A DNA stretch of 64,000 bases from Ancylonema sp. (lineage: Eukaryota): the NCBI GenBank assembly GCA_050230475.1, contig JBFLGF010000085.1, forward strand, positions 1 through 64,000. The letters run 5' to 3'. Below, in pieces: positions 61,138 to 64,000 of the stretch (position 1 is the stretch's first letter; each line of letters begins with the position of its first letter). The notes under the pieces are model-generated. The model had not been told where the DNA came from, did not search any database, and saw only the letters and a list, made by a program, of their open reading frames with translations. The translations under genes and the position numbers were made by a program.

Positions 61138-64000
61138 TCATGCCAGTGTCGCTCTCTTCCCCTTCACATCCGCCCTCCCCCCGCTTTTACTAGTCAAAAA
61201 GTTGTCATAAATGGCCTGGAGCCTCTTCCTCTCATTGGCCGGAAGAGACGGCCTAGCATAGCCGACGGCTTCCGCCAGCAGTTCCCTCGTTATAAGCGCA
61301 CTCCTCCTCCCCCCCCCCCCCCCTGTCCCCCCCCCCTCCTCCAACACCCCATGCACAGCCGCCACCTGCGCCTCCCCCAGAACCGCCTGCAGGTCCGCCC
61401 CACTACAGCCCGCCATCTGTTCCGCCACCTCCTCCAGATCCACCCCCTCCCCCAGCGGCAGGTCCCCAGCCAGCGCCCCCAGGATCTGCACCCTCTCCCC
61501 CCGATCCGGAAAGTCGCAGAACAGCAGCCTGTCCAGCCGGCCCGGCCTCAGCAGGGCGGCGTCTATGAGGTCCGGCCTGCTGGTGGCCGCTATGACGAAG
61601 ACACCTGTCAGCCCCTCCACGCCGTCCAGCTCTGTCAGTAGCTGGTTGACCACCCGGTCGGTGACACCTGTGTTGTCGTGGCCCCTCTGGGGGGCGATGG
61701 CGTCGAACTCGTCGAAGAAGAGGATGCAGGGTGCGGCCACCTGCGCCCTGGCGAACACGTCCCTCACCCCCTGCTCTGACGCGCCAATGTACTTGTTCAG
61801 CAGCTCGGGGCCCTTCACGGAGATGAGCCGCAGCCCGCAGGCGGAGGCGGCGGAGGCCACGATGTGAGTTTTGCCACAACCGGGGGGGCCGTAGAGGAGC
61901 ACCCCGGAACGGAGGCGGAGGGGGGCGGCTGCGAAAATCTTCGAGTGCTGAGCTGGCAGTTCCAGGACTTCCCTGAGGGCGGCCTGCACCCCCGCCAGCC
62001 CCCCAACGTCCCCCCACCCCCTCTTCTTCTGGTCCCCTGAGGGTGGGGGTTTCGCCAGCCCACGCATCGCGGCTGGCACAAACCCATCCTCGCCCCTCTT
62101 GAAATCCGCCTCCTCCACCTCCACCCCCCCACCCACCCTCCTCCCGCCCCCCCGCCCCCTTCCCCGCCCCCCACTGCCCTCCCCGTCCTGCGCCCGACGA
62201 GGGGCTGCCACCTGTCCCGCGCGCAGATACCTCGCAGATGCTGCATGTACGGCCCTGTCCACCAGCACCTCCATGTCCGAAGCGTCGTAGCCCTGACACC
62301 TGGCAGCGACTGAGGCCACGAGACCAGGAGGGCACGACAGGTGGCGGTCCTCCAGCAGCTGGGACAGGATGGACGCCCTCTCGGACTCGGCTGGGGCGGG
62401 CAGCTCGACCGACAACTCCAGCCTGCCCGAGATCTGCAGCTGGGGAGCCACGAGGTTTGGGCTCCTGGCGAGAGCGAGGACGGCCACAGGGGGGGCCCCC
62501 TCCCTCTGACAGCTGTCCAGAAAGTCCCCCAGGAACTCCACCATCGGACTCTCCATCTCCCCCTCCCCCTTGCCAGCTGGCATGAGTGCGTCCACGTCAT
62601 CCAACACCACGACAGCTGGCGCTTTGTCCCCAGCCTCCCCGATACCGTCCGTCAGAACCTGCCTCACTACTTTGGCGGCCTCCCCCACTAAGTCCCCGCA
62701 GCGGATGTACACCGGGTAGGCGAGACAGGTGGCGTCGTCTCGGAGCTCCCTGGCTATGGCTAGTGCCAGCTGGCTCTTCCCACTCGCCTGCGCCCCAGAT
62801 AGGAGCACGCCTCCGGGCGGGGGAGTTCCCAGAACCTTCCTCGTCTCCACAGCTTGGTGGGAGAGGGTGGTTCTGAGGTGGGTCATGGCTGACTCAGCGG
62901 GGGCACGGAGCCAGCTCAGCGAGGACAGGGGCACTACGTTCTGCCATCTGTCCACTTCTTCCAGCTGGCACAAGGAAGGTCCTGCCAGCTGTGCTGACAC
63001 CTGTCCGGATACCAGCCCCTCCCTCAGCCGACCCCACGTCACCACACCCCCCTTCACAGGATGGGGGTTGGCAGAACCCCCTTTGAGAGACGGGGGCTCA
63101 TTTAGGCTCAAAAGAAACAGTAGAACAGAATCTTCCTCATGCCCATCCCCTACACGAATCTCGCTGACATCCTGTGGCCCCATTTCTCCGGTATGGGCAC
63201 CAAACTTCCCCTTCTCGTTCCCAACCTCTCTCCTCCGACAACCTATGACTGTCTGCCCTACGATCGGACTCTCCTCTGCCACACTAACCCCCAAAAGAAA
63301 CGCCTTCCCAGAAACTTCCTTACCCTCCCCGTAATCCTCGTTGTCTATCCCCTCATCCCCCTCCCCAGACCTGGCCCAGGCCTTGCCAGCCAGCGCAAGC
63401 ACCTCCCTGTGACGCTCCCATTGCCCCCCTCCCTTCTTACTTCCTTTCCCCCTCCTAGACGAGCTGAAGCCGATCGGAGATGAGTTGGCGAGTGCCATGG
63501 GAGAGAGGGAAACGACCTTTGGAAGGGGAACGGGCGCTGCTGACGTCATCGCTCGTAATGATTGCACCCTGACAAGCGTCAGAGTGCGGGCCCCGCACCC
63601 ATACCTTGTCCGCGGTGGGAGTCCGATATGGTTCCCAACGACATTGTCCGAGATACGGATCTGGACACTCGTTACTTGTCTCCCCCTTCTCTCTCTGTCC
63701 TCGTCACCCCCCCCAGAGTCCTTGGAATACCCCCTGCTTTCGGTGGGAGAGGCTTCCCTTGCCGGTTGCATGCCCTTGACCTCCGTACTGGACCTGGTTG
63801 GTGGAACCGTCACAGTCACCCACTCCCCTTCTGCCAGGTGGCACTTCGCGGCTGTACCGGGACTCAAGTACCCGACGCATGCGGGCCACGATATGACTGG
63901 TCCTGGACTACACTCCCCATCTGCTTCAGATTCAGCTCCACAATCCTGAACCCTAAGCCAGAAAGTTGGAATGTCGCCTTCTAACCCCGACTCCAGGCTA
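61138..64000 (-). CDS. PEX1: Peroxisome biogenesis AAA+ ATPase PEX1, 5' part outside the window
   Basis: D1 GAQASGKS/VVLDDVD; D2 GPPGCGKT, VKGPELLNKYIGASEQ, FFDEFD, RGHDNTGVTDRVVNQ; plant-type C-terminus KGKRATLA. The frame stays open to the window edge (..FWLRVQD..). Confidence 0.96.
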   Translation of the reverse strand, partial: SLESGLEGDIPTFWLRVQDCGAESEADGECSPGPVISWPACVGYLSPGTAAKCHLAEGEWVTVTVPPTRSSTEVKGMQPAREASPTESRGYSKDSGGGDEDRERRGRQVTSVQIRISDNVVGNHIGLPPRTRYGCGARTLTLVRVQSLRAMTSAAPVPLPKVVSLSPMALANSSPIGFSSSRRGKGSKKGGGQWERHREVLALAGKAWARSGEGDEGIDNEDYGEGKEVSGKAFLLGVSVAEESPIVGQTVIGCRRREVGNEKGKFGAHTGEMGPQDVSEIRVGDGHEEDSVLLFLLSLNEPPSLKGGSANPHPVKGGVVTWGRLREGLVSGQVSAQLAGPSLCQLEEVDRWQNVVPLSSLSWLRAPAESAMTHLRTTLSHQAVETRKVLGTPPPGGVLLSGAQASGKSQLALAIARELRDDATCLAYPVYIRCGDLVGEAAKVVRQVLTDGIGEAGDKAPAVVVLDDVDALMPAGKGEGEMESPMVEFLGDFLDSCQREGAPPVAVLALARSPNLVAPQLQISGRLELSVELPAPAESERASILSQLLEDRHLSCPPGLVASVAARCQGYDASDMEVLVDRAVHAASARYLRAGQVAAPRRAQDGEGSGGRGRGRGGGRRVGGGVEVEEADFKRGEDGFVPAAMRGLAKPPPSGDQKKRGWGDVGGLAGVQAALREVLELPAQHSKIFAAAPLRLRSGVLLYGPPGCGKTHIVASAASACGLRLISVKGPELLNKYIGASEQGVRDVFARAQVAAPCILFFDEFDAIAPQRGHDNTGVTDRVVNQLLTELDGVEGLTGVFVIAATSRPDLIDAALLRPGRLDRLLFCDFPDRGERVQILGALAGDLPLGEGVDLEEVAEQMAGCSGADLQAVLGEAQVAAVHGVLEEGGGTGGGGGRRSALITRELLAEAVGYARPSLPANERKRLQAIYDNFLTSKSGGRADVKGKRATLA

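Noticed and set aside
63940..63960. GGGTTCAG as a PEX1 splice acceptor
   Set aside because: The frame stays open upstream and reads FWLRVQD, resembling the PEX1 LRVQ block, so it is more likely coding.
61051..63984. Many overlapping antisense and alternate-frame ORFs over PEX1
   Set aside because: Expected shadows of a GC-rich coding strand; no independent motifs.

Overview
Eukaryotic, plant-lineage (streptophyte-like, plausibly a charophyte alga; inferred from gene content and intron style) nuclear DNA. I reconstructed by hand nine protein-coding genes: class II CPD photolyase (+, 11 exons), tafazzin (-), a cyclin-J18-like gene largely hidden from the ORF track (-, with an 18-nt micro-exon), a DUF1279 plastid protein (+), a DnaJ-like zinc-finger protein (-), a PAT17-like DHHC S-acyltransferase (+), a divergent WIP-family C2H2 transcription factor (+), a GDAP2-like macro/CRAL-TRIO protein (+) and PEX1 (-, running off the window as one intron-free exon of at least 2.86 kb). 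Introns and intergenic DNA hold many TA-targeting Tc1/mariner/pogo-like and hAT-like MITEs, simple repeats and two back-to-back Copia remnants. There is also one full-length but decayed 6.5-kb Copia element with TG..TA LTRs, a half-tRNA-iMet type PBS and three Gag zinc knuckles. The most notable observations: (1) that Copia sits inside the reading frame of the WIP gene, leaving an in-frame ATG 6 nt after its 3' LTR, and the gene's last acceptor reads CAA instead of CAG; (2) the photolyase has two in-frame starts (transit-peptide-like vs NLS-like) under an ACGT-element cluster; (3) many 3' splice sites are preceded by G-rich (GGGGTT) or recurring microsatellite tracts instead of polypyrimidine tracts. 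All family calls are by motif recognition, with no database searches run.
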